DNA from: Halorhodospira halophila SL1
GTDB taxonomy: Bacteria; Pseudomonadota; Gammaproteobacteria; Nitrococcales; Halorhodospiraceae
Assembly (NCBI RefSeq): GCF_000015585.1
Contig: NC_008789.1
Location: 2,640,001 to 2,672,000, forward strand
Direction of reading: 5' to 3'
Length of the DNA stretch: 32,000 nt
The notes under the pieces were generated by a model. It saw only the letters and a list, made by a program, of their open reading frames with translations, searched no databases and had not been told where the DNA came from. Position 1 is the first letter of the stretch; each line of letters starts with the position of its first letter. Below are positions 8,653 through 16,938 of the stretch, in pieces. A program made the translations under genes and the position numbers.

Positions 8653-9522
8653 ATGAAGGCAGGGGTCATCGGCCTGGGCGCGATGGGCAGCGGCATCGCC
8701 GGCAATCTGGCCCGCACCGGTCAGCTGGCGGCGGTCTGGAACCGTACCCGCGAGAAGGCCGAGGCGTTCGCCGGCGAGCACGGCGTCGCCCTGGCCGACG
8801 AGCCAGCCACCGTGGCCGCGGCCGCCGACGTCATCTTCATCAGCGTCGACGCCGACGCCGACCTGCTGGAGGTGCTCGACGGGCTGGCGGACGGCCTGGA
8901 GCCGGGCAAGGTGGTGGTGGACACTTCGACCGTGGCGCCGGATACCGCGCGCCAGGCTGCGGAGAGCATCGCCCCCCGGGGCGGCGTGTTCCTGGACGCC
9001 CCGGTCTCCGGCGGTCCGGAGGGGGCCCGTCAGGGGACCATGGTGATGATGGTCGGGGGCGATAGCGCGGTACTCGAGCGCATCCGCCCGGTGCTCGACC
9101 CCATCTGCAGCGCCGCCCACGCCATGGGGCCGGTGGGTGCCGGCCAGGCCACCAAGGCGGTCAACCAGATCATGGTCGCCGGGATCATGCAGGGGGTCGC
9201 TGCGGCCCTGGCCTACGGCAAGGGGCAGGGGCTGGATCTGCAGCAGGTCATCGAGGTGGTCGGCTCGGGGGCCGCCAGCAACTGGCAGCTGCTCCAGCGC
9301 GGCCCCAATATGGTTGAGGACCACTTCCCGCCGGGCTTCCGGCTGGCGTTACACCGCAAGGATCTGGGCATCGTCCGCGACGTACTCGCCGCCGAGGGGA
9401 TCGAGCTGGAGCTGATCGAGCGCACCCTGGCCGACTACGACCGTCTGGTCGAGCAGGGGCACGGGGATGAGGACATCTCGGCGCTCTACCGGCTGCGCAA
9501 GACCGATCTGGGCGCCGACTGA
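8653..9522 (+). CDS. NAD(P)-dependent beta-hydroxyacid dehydrogenase (3-hydroxyisobutyrate dehydrogenase / GarR family)
   Basis: Family motifs are present: GVIGLGAMGSGIAGNL dinucleotide fold, DAPVSGGPEGARQGT and GAGQATKAVNQ (catalytic Lys region). A strong AAGGAGG Shine-Dalgarno sequence precedes it, 35 nt after speA. Confidence 0.85.
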   Translation: MKAGVIGLGAMGSGIAGNLARTGQLAAVWNRTREKAEAFAGEHGVALADEPATVAAAADVIFISVDADADLLEVLDGLADGLEPGKVVVDTSTVAPDTARQAAESIAPRGGVFLDAPVSGGPEGARQGTMVMMVGGDSAVLERIRPVLDPICSAAHAMGPVGAGQATKAVNQIMVAGIMQGVAAALAYGKGQGLDLQQVIEVVGSGAASNWQLLQRGPNMVEDHFPPGFRLALHRKDLGIVRDVLAAEGIELELIERTLADYDRLVEQGHGDEDISALYRLRKTDLGAD

Positions 9523-9527
9523 GCGCC

Positions 9528-9552
9528 GGTCCCCGGGCCGACCCCGGGGACC
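9528..9552. terminator. GC-rich hairpin between convergent genes; candidate bidirectional terminator
   Basis: GGTCCCCGG(G)-loop-(C)CCGGGGACC forms a 9-10 bp stem. It lies between the dehydrogenase stop (9522) and the membrane-protein stop (9565). There is no clear U-tract. Confidence 0.45.
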
Positions 9553-9564
9553 GCAACGCGGCCC

Positions 9565-9912
9565 CTAGCCGAGGGTGCGCAGACGGCGGCTGCTGCGCTC
9601 GCCCATCTCCGGCAGACCGCGCAGGAGCAGCCAGAAGACCAGGGCCGGGTAGGTCAGCAGCAGGCCGACCACGGCCCAGATGATCCGCGGCACCGGCCGC
9701 TTCTCGATCACGACGATGGCCGCCAGGAAGCAGAGCACGCCCAAGTAGTAGGCGGCCAGCACCACCTGCACCCAGGGGCTGTCGATCAGGGTCTCCAGCT
9801 CCATCGCCACGCCTGCCGGGTCACCGAAGACGTCGGTGGCGTAGAGGGTGTAGCCCAGAAACCCCAGGCAGGCGACGGTGGCGAGCAACAGGATGCTGCG
9901 CAACACAATCAT
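9565..9912 (-). CDS. Small integral membrane protein (three predicted TM helices), family not recognised
   Basis: ORF 9565..9993. The start was chosen at M28 (MIVLRSILLLATVACLGFLGY), which follows a strong GGAGGAGGG Shine-Dalgarno sequence. There are three hydrophobic segments and a basic C-terminal tail. GC3 bias is consistent with real coding. Confidence 0.7.
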   Translation of the reverse strand: MIVLRSILLLATVACLGFLGYTLYATDVFGDPAGVAMELETLIDSPWVQVVLAAYYLGVLCFLAAIVVIEKRPVPRIIWAVVGLLLTYPALVFWLLLRGLPEMGERSSRRLRTLG

Positions 9913-9976
9913 GAAGTCCCTCCTCCAGAAATAGACCGGGGCGCCCGACCCGCCGCCGAGCGGCCCGGCACCAAAC

Positions 9977-10038
9977 CGCTGAACCCTGAACATCCAACGC
10001 CCAGCACCGAGCCCGACGCTGAACGCTGATCCCTGAAC
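9977..10038. repeat. Direct repeat of a 15-mer, CGCTGAACCCTGAAC (9977-9991) and CGCTGATCCCTGAAC (10024-10038), plus an extra CGCTGAAC at 10017-10024
   Basis: Read directly from the sequence: 14 of 15 positions identical, starts 47 nt apart. Four CTGAAC units and one CTGAT unit fall within 62 nt of the SPOR / membrane-protein intergenic region. Confidence 0.6.
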
Positions 10039-10047
10039 CCCGAAGGG

Positions 10048-10689
10048 TTAGCCATCCTGCCGCAGCATCAGCGGCTGGATGTCGTTGTCCTCCATGCGCG
10101 TCCGCGCCTCCTCCAGCCGATCGCTATCCTCGAACGGGCCGACCCGGACGCGGTGCCACTCCTCGCCCTCATCCAGCTCGACGGTGTGGATCTGCGCCGG
10201 CAGGCCGACCAGGGCCAGGGTGGCGCGCATGCTCTCGGCGTCGTCGTGCCGTTGGAATGAGCCGGCCTGAAGGAGGTAGCTGCGCCCCTCCTCGAAGGTG
10301 GCGGCGCGGGAGATCTCGTCCTCCTCCTCGTCCTGGGTGCGCCGCTCATCGGCGCGGCCCAGATCCTCCTCGGGGACGGTGACCTCATCCTGCATCAGCA
10401 GTTCGTAGAAGTCGTAGCTGCGCTCGCTCTCCTCGGCCGCCGGCTCGTCCTCCGGCTCCGGCTCCATCTCGGCAGCCGGATCCACCGGGGCGGCATCCTC
10501 GCGCCCCTGCTGGTACTGGACGAAGAGCAGCGCGACGGCACCGATCACCCCGCCGATCAGCAGCCACACGAAGCCGGGCACGGCGCGCCGCTCGGTTCGC
10601 CGTGCCTGGGCCCCGCCACCGCGGCTGCGGGCGGGGGTGCGGGCCTTGCTGCGCGTGTTGCCCCGGGGCTTGGTGCTCTTCTGCGCCAT
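10048..10689 (-). CDS. SPOR domain-containing protein (septal peptidoglycan-binding; DedD/FtsN-like architecture)
   Basis: The layout is a basic N-terminus, one TM helix (VPGFVWLLIGGVIGAVALLFV), an acidic linker and a C-terminal SPOR-like domain (YLLQAGSFQRHDDAESMRATLALVGL...WHRVRVGPFEDSDRLEEARTRM). It starts 9 nt after argS. Confidence 0.85.
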   Translation of the reverse strand: MAQKSTKPRGNTRSKARTPARSRGGGAQARRTERRAVPGFVWLLIGGVIGAVALLFVQYQQGREDAAPVDPAAEMEPEPEDEPAAEESERSYDFYELLMQDEVTVPEEDLGRADERRTQDEEEDEISRAATFEEGRSYLLQAGSFQRHDDAESMRATLALVGLPAQIHTVELDEGEEWHRVRVGPFEDSDRLEEARTRMEDNDIQPLMLRQDG

Positions 10690-10698
10690 GGTCCGTCG

Positions 10699-12453
10699 CT
10701 ACATGCTCTGCGGGGCGTCGACACCGAGCAGCCCCAGGCCGTTGGCCAGGACCTGCCGGGTGGCCTGCACCAGCGTCAGGCGGGCGTCACGCAGCGCCTC
10801 GTCGTCGATGATGAACGGCACCGCGTTGTAGTAGGTGTGGAAGGCGGCAGCCAGCTCGCGCAGGTACTGCGCCACCTGGTGCGGCTCCCGCGCCAGCGCC
10901 GCCGATTCGATCACCTCCGGGTACCGGCCGAGGAGATCGAGGAGGATCGCCTCGTGCTCGGCGTCGAGGCGTTCCAGCGCCGCCTCGTCGGGAGTGACGC
11001 GGCAGGCCAGGCCGCGCTCCTCGAGCTGGCGGAAGACGCTGCAGATGCGCGCGTGGGCGTACTGGCAGTAGTAGACGGGGTTGTCCGCCGACTCCGACTT
11101 GGCCAGGTCCAGGTCGAAGTCCATGTGCTGCTCCGAGCGGCGCATGACATAGAAGAACCGCGCCGCGTCCTTGCCCACCTCGTCTCGCAGCTCGCGCAGG
11201 GTGACGAACTCCCCCGAACGGGTGGACATGGGCAGCTTCTCGCCGCCGCGGTAGAGGATGGCGAACTGCACCAGGCGCACATCCAGGCGCTCCGCATCCA
11301 CCCCCAGCGCCTTCAGGGCGGCCTGGACCCGCGGCACGTAACCGTGGTGGTCGGCCCCCCAGACGTTGACCAGGGTGTCGAAGCCGCGCTCGATCTTGTC
11401 CAGGTGGTAGGCGACGTCGGCGGCGAAGTACGTCGTCAGGCCGTTGTCCCGGCGCAGGACCCGGTCCTTGTCGTCGCCGAATACCGAGGCCTGGAACCAC
11501 AGGGCGCCGTCGGCCCGGTAGGTGTAGCCGGCCTGATCGAGCCGCTCCAGGGCATGCTCGATACGGCCCTGATCGACCAGCTGCCGCTCGGAGAAGTAGC
11601 GATGGTAGTGGACCCCGAAGGCGTCCAGATCGGCGCGGATGTCCCCGAGGATGGCCTCCAGGGCAAAGTCGAGGACGCGCCGATAGGCGGTCTCGCCGAG
11701 GAGCTCGCGGGAACGGGCCACCAGGGCGTCGAGATACCCCTCCGGGTCATCGTCCTCCGCCGGCAGCCCGGCACCGAGCTCGGCGGCGGTCCGCACGTGT
11801 TCGCGGCCGTCGGCCTCGAACAGTTCGCGGGCGTGGGTGACGATGTAATCCCCCTGGTACCCCTTGTTCGGGAAAGAGACCGGCTCGCCGGCGGCCTCGA
11901 GGTAGCGCAGCCACAGCGAGGCGGCCAGGATGTCCATCTGCCGCCCGGCGTCGTTGACGTAGTACTCGCGGTGGACGTGGTAGCCGGCCGCCTCGAGAAC
12001 GCTGGCCAGGGCGTCGCCGAAGGCGGCCCCCCGCCCGTGGCCCACGTGCAGCGGACCGGTGGGGTTGGCGGAGACGAACTCGATATGCACCCGATGCCCC
12101 GCCCCCACGTCGCTGCGCCCGTACTCGGCGCCCTGGCGCAGGGCCACGCGGACGCTCTCCTGACGTGCCGCGGTGGTCAGGGTGAAGTTCAGGAAGCCGG
12201 GGCCGGCGATCTCCACGCCGGCGATGGCCTCGGAGGCCGGCAGGCGGCTGCGGATGGTCTCGGCCAGGTCCCGCGGTTTCTGCCGCGCGGGCTTGGCCAG
12301 GACCATCGCGGTGTTGGCGGCGTAATCACCGTGGGCGCGGTCGCGGGCGCGCTCCACCTGTACCTCGGGCAGCTCGAGGTCCGCCGGCAGTTCGCCGGCC
12401 TCGCGCATGGCCTTCAGGGCCTGCGCCAGGAGACTGGCCACGTGTCGCTTCAT
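10699..12453 (-). CDS. argS: Arginine--tRNA ligase
   Basis: The 584-aa product has the class I HIGH-type motif [14 protein letters not shown] and the KMSKS-equivalent LPMSTRSG. Its length and domain order are typical of ArgS. Confidence 0.96.
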   Translation of the reverse strand: MKRHVASLLAQALKAMREAGELPADLELPEVQVERARDRAHGDYAANTAMVLAKPARQKPRDLAETIRSRLPASEAIAGVEIAGPGFLNFTLTTAARQESVRVALRQGAEYGRSDVGAGHRVHIEFVSANPTGPLHVGHGRGAAFGDALASVLEAAGYHVHREYYVNDAGRQMDILAASLWLRYLEAAGEPVSFPNKGYQGDYIVTHARELFEADGREHVRTAAELGAGLPAEDDDPEGYLDALVARSRELLGETAYRRVLDFALEAILGDIRADLDAFGVHYHRYFSERQLVDQGRIEHALERLDQAGYTYRADGALWFQASVFGDDKDRVLRRDNGLTTYFAADVAYHLDKIERGFDTLVNVWGADHHGYVPRVQAALKALGVDAERLDVRLVQFAILYRGGEKLPMSTRSGEFVTLRELRDEVGKDAARFFYVMRRSEQHMDFDLDLAKSESADNPVYYCQYAHARICSVFRQLEERGLACRVTPDEAALERLDAEHEAILLDLLGRYPEVIESAALAREPHQVAQYLRELAAAFHTYYNAVPFIIDDEALRDARLTLVQATRQVLANGLGLLGVDAPQSM

Positions 12454-12474
12454 GGAGGGTCTCCGCTCGGGTCA

Positions 12475-12507
12475 GGAAAAGCCCGGTATTATCCCGCCGC
12501 GCCGGGC
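12475..12507 (-). terminator. Weak candidate terminator after cydC
   Basis: On the minus strand, GCCCGG-(15 nt)-CCGGGC is followed by TTTTCC. The stem is short and the loop large, so support is weak. Confidence 0.25.
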
Positions 12508-12530
12508 AAAATGCCAAGCCGGAGGGCGGA

Positions 12531-14198
12531 TTATTCGCCGCCAGGGGCGATAAGTTCGAAGAACGGCAGGCGCCGATCGTGCGGCGGGGCGCTGTCCGGG
12601 TCGTGGCTGATGATGAGCGCGGTGCGCTCGGCCAGCCATGGCGCCAGCCGCCGGGCGACCTCGGCGGCCGTGGCATCGTCGAGTCCGCGGAAGGGCTCGT
12701 CGAGAAGGACTACCGGGGCGTCGGTCAGCACCAGACGAGCCAGGGCCAGCCGCCGCGCCTCGCCGCCGGAGAGGCGTCCGCCCCCCTCCCCGACCCACTC
12801 GTCGAGGCCCCGCGGGGCGCTACGCACCCGTTCGTCGAGGCCGACGGTGTGCAGCGCCTGCCACATGCGGGCCTCGTCCGCCCGGGGATCGACGATGCGC
12901 AGGTTGCCGGCAACGCTGTCGGCGAAGAGTTCGGTGCGCTGGGTCAGGTAGGTGATGCGCGCAAAACGCTCCGCCTCGGCCAGGGCGTGGACGGGGACCC
13001 CCTCCAGGGTGACCGTCCCGGCATCGGGCCGGATCAAGCCCGCCACGAGATCGAGCAGGGTCGACTTGCCGCAGCCGGAAGGACCGTGGATCACCACCGT
13101 CTCGCCCGGGGCGACGGTCAGCGAGCCATCACGGAGGACCGGGGGCGTATGCGCCGCGTGGCGAAACGTGACCCCCGCCAGGGCTAGGCCGAGGGCCTGG
13201 CGGGGGGGCGGATCCACCACCGCCGCGGATTCGTCGGCGGCGGTATCGGCGTGCTCGAGCAGGCGGCGTGCCGCGGCCCGGGTGCGACCCAGGTGCTGCC
13301 ACGCCCCCGGCAGCGCAGTCAGCGCCTCGCCACCGGCCAGGGCGGCGAGGGCCACCAGCGCCAGCAGCGGACCGCTGATGGCCTCGGCCTGGTAGAGCGG
13401 GATACCGACCACCAGCGCCGCGAGCAGCGCACCGTGGGCGAGCAGTCCCACCGCCCCCTCGCCGGCCCCGGTCAGGCGGGCCGCCCGGGCCCGCGCCGCC
13501 GCGAGGCCATCAGCGGCCGCCATCAGGCGCTGCTCGTGGCGGCCCACCGCACCGCAGGCCCGCAACTCGGCCAGCCCCTGGACGGCATCGACACCGGCCC
13601 CGCGCAGGGCCGGCAGGTGCCGGTCCACCGCCTCGCCGTGCGGCGAACCGCGACGCCAGGCCCACAGCGGCAGGAGAATCCCACCGGCCAGCAGCACCGC
13701 TCCGACCGCCAGCCCCGCCGGACCAGCCAGCAGGACCAGCACGGCGATGGTCCCCCCCAAGGTCACCACGGCGGCCAGGCTCGGGCCGATGATCCGCAGG
13801 TAGAGGTTGTCCAGGGCCTCGACGTCGGCGGTCATGCGATTGAGCAGGTCGCTGCGGCGCAGCCGGCCGACGCGGGCCAGAGGCAGCGGCGCCAGGGTTC
13901 GGAACAGCCAGCCGCGCAGGCGCGCCAGGGTGCGCAGGACCGCATCGTGGTGGACCAGGCGCTCGAAGTAACGGGAAATCGACCGCGCCAGGGCGAAGAA
14001 GCGGATGCCGGCGCTCGGCCGGTAGATGTCCAGGTAGGCCCCGGTCAGCCCGGCGACCGCGGTGGCGGTGATGAACCAGCCGGAAAGCCCCATCAGGCCG
14101 ATGCTGGCCGCAAGGCTGACGATCAGCAGCAGCGTGCCGAGGGCCAGGCGCCAGCACTCCGGGCGCAGATCGCGCAGGAAGGGCATCAGTTCACGCAC
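12531..14198 (-). CDS. cydC: Thiol reductant ABC exporter subunit CydC
   Basis: The N-terminus (V)RELMPFL...LAASIGLMGLSGWFITATAVAG parallels E. coli CydC MRALLPYL...LASIGLLTLSGWFLSASAVAG. The ABC motifs are GPSGCGKST, LSGGEARRLALAR and VLLDEP. The GTG start overlaps the cydD stop by 8 nt. Confidence 0.9.
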   Translation of the reverse strand: MRELMPFLRDLRPECWRLALGTLLLIVSLAASIGLMGLSGWFITATAVAGLTGAYLDIYRPSAGIRFFALARSISRYFERLVHHDAVLRTLARLRGWLFRTLAPLPLARVGRLRRSDLLNRMTADVEALDNLYLRIIGPSLAAVVTLGGTIAVLVLLAGPAGLAVGAVLLAGGILLPLWAWRRGSPHGEAVDRHLPALRGAGVDAVQGLAELRACGAVGRHEQRLMAAADGLAAARARAARLTGAGEGAVGLLAHGALLAALVVGIPLYQAEAISGPLLALVALAALAGGEALTALPGAWQHLGRTRAAARRLLEHADTAADESAAVVDPPPRQALGLALAGVTFRHAAHTPPVLRDGSLTVAPGETVVIHGPSGCGKSTLLDLVAGLIRPDAGTVTLEGVPVHALAEAERFARITYLTQRTELFADSVAGNLRIVDPRADEARMWQALHTVGLDERVRSAPRGLDEWVGEGGGRLSGGEARRLALARLVLTDAPVVLLDEPFRGLDDATAAEVARRLAPWLAERTALIISHDPDSAPPHDRRLPFFELIAPGGE

Positions 14199-15930
14199 GG
14201 CGATCCTCCACGCAGCGGCCGGCCTCGATCACCAGGTGGCGATCCCCCCAGTCGTGGGTGTCTCGGTCGTGGGCGACCATCAGCACCGTGCGCCGACCGT
14301 CGGCCAGTCGGGCGACGGCTGCCAGGACGCGCTCGCGGCTGTCCGGGTCGAGGCCGGCAGTGGGCTCGTCGAGGAGCAGCACCGGGGCCCCGGAGAGCAG
14401 CGCCCGGGCCAGCGCCAGACGGCTGGCCTGTCCGCCGGAGAGGCCGTACGCGTCCTCCCCCAGCGGGGTGTCGAGCCCCTCCGGAAGGGCGGCGATGACC
14501 CCGTCGAGGTCCGCGTGGCGCAAGGCAGCCCTCAACCGCCGGTCGTCGGCCCCGGGGTCGGCCAGCTGCAGGTTTTCGCGCACGCTGCCGTGGAACAGCC
14601 ACGGCCGCTGCCCCACCCAGGCCACCGCCCCCGCCGCTGGCGCCGACTCCCCGATGGTCACGCGACCGGTGTCGGGGCGGAGGAAACCCGCAGCCAGGTG
14701 CAGCAGGGTCGACTTGCCGGCACCGCTGGGGCCGGAGATGACCACCCGCTGGCCGGCGGGGATGTGCAGCTCCAGGCCGTCGAGCGCCGGCGCCTCCGCC
14801 CCGGGGAAGGCGACGGTAACCCGGTGGAAGCCGAGGGGCCGGGGGTCGGGCACCGGCAGGTCGGTCTGCGGATCGCGTCGCACCGGGCCGGGCGCCGCCG
14901 GGGCGGGCTCGTCCGCCGCCGGGAGGGGGTCCTCGAGCAGTTCCAGGATCTCCGCGGCGGCCCCCACGGCGGCGGCCCGATCGTGGTAGTGCTGCGCCAG
15001 GCGGCGCAGAGGGAAGAAGACCTCCGGGGCAAGGAGCAGGATGAACAGCCCGGCGAACAGGCCCAGCTCCGGCCCGGGACCGAAGTGCAGATAACCGAGC
15101 AGGGAGAAACCGACGTAGATCGCCACCAGGGCGATGGAGATGGCGGCGATCAGCTCGAGCGCCGCCGAGGAGAGGAAGGCCACGCGCAGGACCGACAGGC
15201 TCCGGCGCCGGTACTCCTCAGCGGCCCCCTCCACCGCCTCGGCGGCGGCATCGGTGGCGCGGAAGATACGCAGCGTGGCCAGGCCGCGCAGGCGATCGAG
15301 GAAGTGCGCACTGATCCGGGCCAGGCTCTGCTGCTGACGCCGGGACAGACGCGCCGCCCCCATCCCCACCAGCGCCATGAACAGCGGCACCAGCGGCGCA
15401 GCGATGAGCAGCAGCAGCCCGGCAAGCAGGTCGACGCCGGTGATCAGGGCGATGAACACCAACGGGGCGACCACTGCCAGCACCATCTGCGGCAGGTAGT
15501 GGGCGTAGTAGCCCTCCAGGGCCTCGACCTGCTCGACCAGGGCGCTGGCCACGGCCCCGCTGTGGTGGCCCTGCAGGCGCACTGGGCCGAGGGCGGCGAT
15601 GTGGCGGTAGAGCCGTCGGCGGACGGCTGCGGTGATGACCCAGGCGGCGCGGGCACCGGCCGCCGCCCGCGCCCAGGTGGCACCGGCCCGGGCCGCGAAG
15701 ACCGCAGCCAGCAGGGCCAGTGCCCCCCAAAGCTCAGCGAGCGGGGTGGCGCGGATGACCGCCTGATCGATGACCCAGGCGATGAGCAGTGCCTGGAGGA
15801 CGACCAGGACCGTGTCCGCCAGGCCCGCACCGACCGTCGCGGCCATCGCGGGGCGGGCCTGGCGGGCCTGGTCGAGCAGCCAGCGCCCCGCCGCCCGCTC
15901 GCCGCCGCGGGGTTCATCGGCCACCGGCAA
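14191..15930 (-). CDS. cydD: Thiol reductant ABC exporter subunit CydD
   Basis: YYAHYLPQM, PLVPLFMALVGMGAA, HFLDRLRGLATLRIF and LSVLRVAFLSSAALE match E. coli CydD blocks. The ABC motifs are GPSGAGKST, LSGGQASRLALAR and LLLDEP. The putative TTG start is 3 nt after the cydB stop; a GTG two codons downstream is an alternative. Confidence 0.9.
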   Translation of the reverse strand: MPVADEPRGGERAAGRWLLDQARQARPAMAATVGAGLADTVLVVLQALLIAWVIDQAVIRATPLAELWGALALLAAVFAARAGATWARAAAGARAAWVITAAVRRRLYRHIAALGPVRLQGHHSGAVASALVEQVEALEGYYAHYLPQMVLAVVAPLVFIALITGVDLLAGLLLLIAAPLVPLFMALVGMGAARLSRRQQQSLARISAHFLDRLRGLATLRIFRATDAAAEAVEGAAEEYRRRSLSVLRVAFLSSAALELIAAISIALVAIYVGFSLLGYLHFGPGPELGLFAGLFILLLAPEVFFPLRRLAQHYHDRAAAVGAAAEILELLEDPLPAADEPAPAAPGPVRRDPQTDLPVPDPRPLGFHRVTVAFPGAEAPALDGLELHIPAGQRVVISGPSGAGKSTLLHLAAGFLRPDTGRVTIGESAPAAGAVAWVGQRPWLFHGSVRENLQLADPGADDRRLRAALRHADLDGVIAALPEGLDTPLGEDAYGLSGGQASRLALARALLSGAPVLLLDEPTAGLDPDSRERVLAAVARLADGRRTVLMVAHDRDTHDWGDRHLVIEAGRCVEDRRA

Positions 15931-15933
15931 GGC

Positions 15934-16929
15934 TCAGTGGTAGCCGCCCTGCACCTTCCCGCGGAAGATCCAGTAGGTCCAGACCGTATAGCCGATGATG
16001 ATCGGCAGCAGGAAGAGGATGCCAAGCAGGAGGAAGAGCTGCGCCTCCGGGGCCGATGCCGCGTCCCGGAAAGTGATCTCCGGCGGCACCATGTACGGCC
16101 ACTGGCTGGCAACCAACCCGAGGTAGACGGTGACGAACAGGCCAAGCCCGGCGATGAACGGCACCAGTTCCTGGCGCTTGCGCAACGCGGACCAGAACAG
16201 CCCTACGGCCAACGCACCGAGCAGGGGCAAGGGCCAGAGCATGGTCCACGCCTCCTGCCAGCGCTCCAGTACACGCTCGGAGGTCAGCGGGGTCCAGACC
16301 GAGATGCCCAGCAGACAGACCACCAAGAGCAGGAGCAGCCACGGGGCCACACGGTAGAGCCACCGCTGCGTGGCACCCTCGGTCTTGAGGATGCCCCAGG
16401 CGGCGCCAAGCAGCGCATAGCCGACCACCAGCGAGACCGCGGTGAAGACGGTGAACGGCGTCAGCCAGTCGAAGGGCCCGCCGACGTAGGTGAAGCCATC
16501 CACCTCGAAGCCCTGGATGTAGGTGCCGACCACGAAGCCCTGGGCCGCGGCGGCGAGGATCGAGCCGCCGGCGAAGGCGGCGTTCCAGAATCCGCGTGTC
16601 TTCGAGGATTTAAAACGGAACTCGAAGGCCACGCCGCGGAAGATCAGGCCGGCGAGCATCAGGAAGACGCCCAGGTAGAGCGCCGGCAGGTAGATGGCGT
16701 AGACCGCCGGGAAGGCGGCCAGCAGGCCAGCGCCACCGAGGATCAGCCAGGTCTCGTTGCCATCCCAGACCGGGGCGACGCTGTTCATCAGGTCGTCCCG
16801 GACCTGCTCGCTGGGCGTAAACGGATAGAGAATCCCGACGCCGAGGTCGAAGCCGTCGAGCAGGATGTACATGAACACCCCGAGGCCGATGATCCCCATC
16901 CAGATGATGGTGATGTCGATTAGTTCCAT
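15934..16929 (-). CDS. cydB: Cytochrome bd-type quinol oxidase subunit II (short, CioB-sized)
   Basis: The 331-aa product begins MELIDITIIWMGIIGLGVFMYILLDGFDLGVGIL, a typical CydB N-terminus. A GAGGT Shine-Dalgarno sequence overlaps the cydA stop. Confidence 0.93.
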   Translation of the reverse strand: MELIDITIIWMGIIGLGVFMYILLDGFDLGVGILYPFTPSEQVRDDLMNSVAPVWDGNETWLILGGAGLLAAFPAVYAIYLPALYLGVFLMLAGLIFRGVAFEFRFKSSKTRGFWNAAFAGGSILAAAAQGFVVGTYIQGFEVDGFTYVGGPFDWLTPFTVFTAVSLVVGYALLGAAWGILKTEGATQRWLYRVAPWLLLLLVVCLLGISVWTPLTSERVLERWQEAWTMLWPLPLLGALAVGLFWSALRKRQELVPFIAGLGLFVTVYLGLVASQWPYMVPPEITFRDAASAPEAQLFLLLGILFLLPIIIGYTVWTYWIFRGKVQGGYH

Positions 16930-16938
16930 GTCGCTACC

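Noticed and set aside
10837-12951. A 704-aa plus-strand ORF, one of many long track ORFs antisense to or out of frame with recognised genes. Others include 161..1120, 1989..3161, 3495..4619, 5737..6813, 6511..7542, 13251..14498, 14062..16923, 17011..18426, 22908..24737, 25619..26899, 28026..29714 and 29600..31462.
   Set aside because: Each lies opposite or out of frame to a gene with unmistakable conserved motifs (argS, cydDC, cydAB, uvrD, glmS, glmU, atpD and others). Their translations are low-complexity R/G/A/P/H-rich strings with almost no K, I, F, N or Y. Long stop-free antisense frames are expected at this GC content.
15930-15936. Looked for a cydX-type micro-ORF after cydB.
   Set aside because: cydD starts 3 nt after the cydB stop, which leaves no space. 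No ATG-initiated micro-ORF lies in the 77-nt tail after cydC. I did not exhaustively scan sub-60-aa ORFs nested elsewhere.
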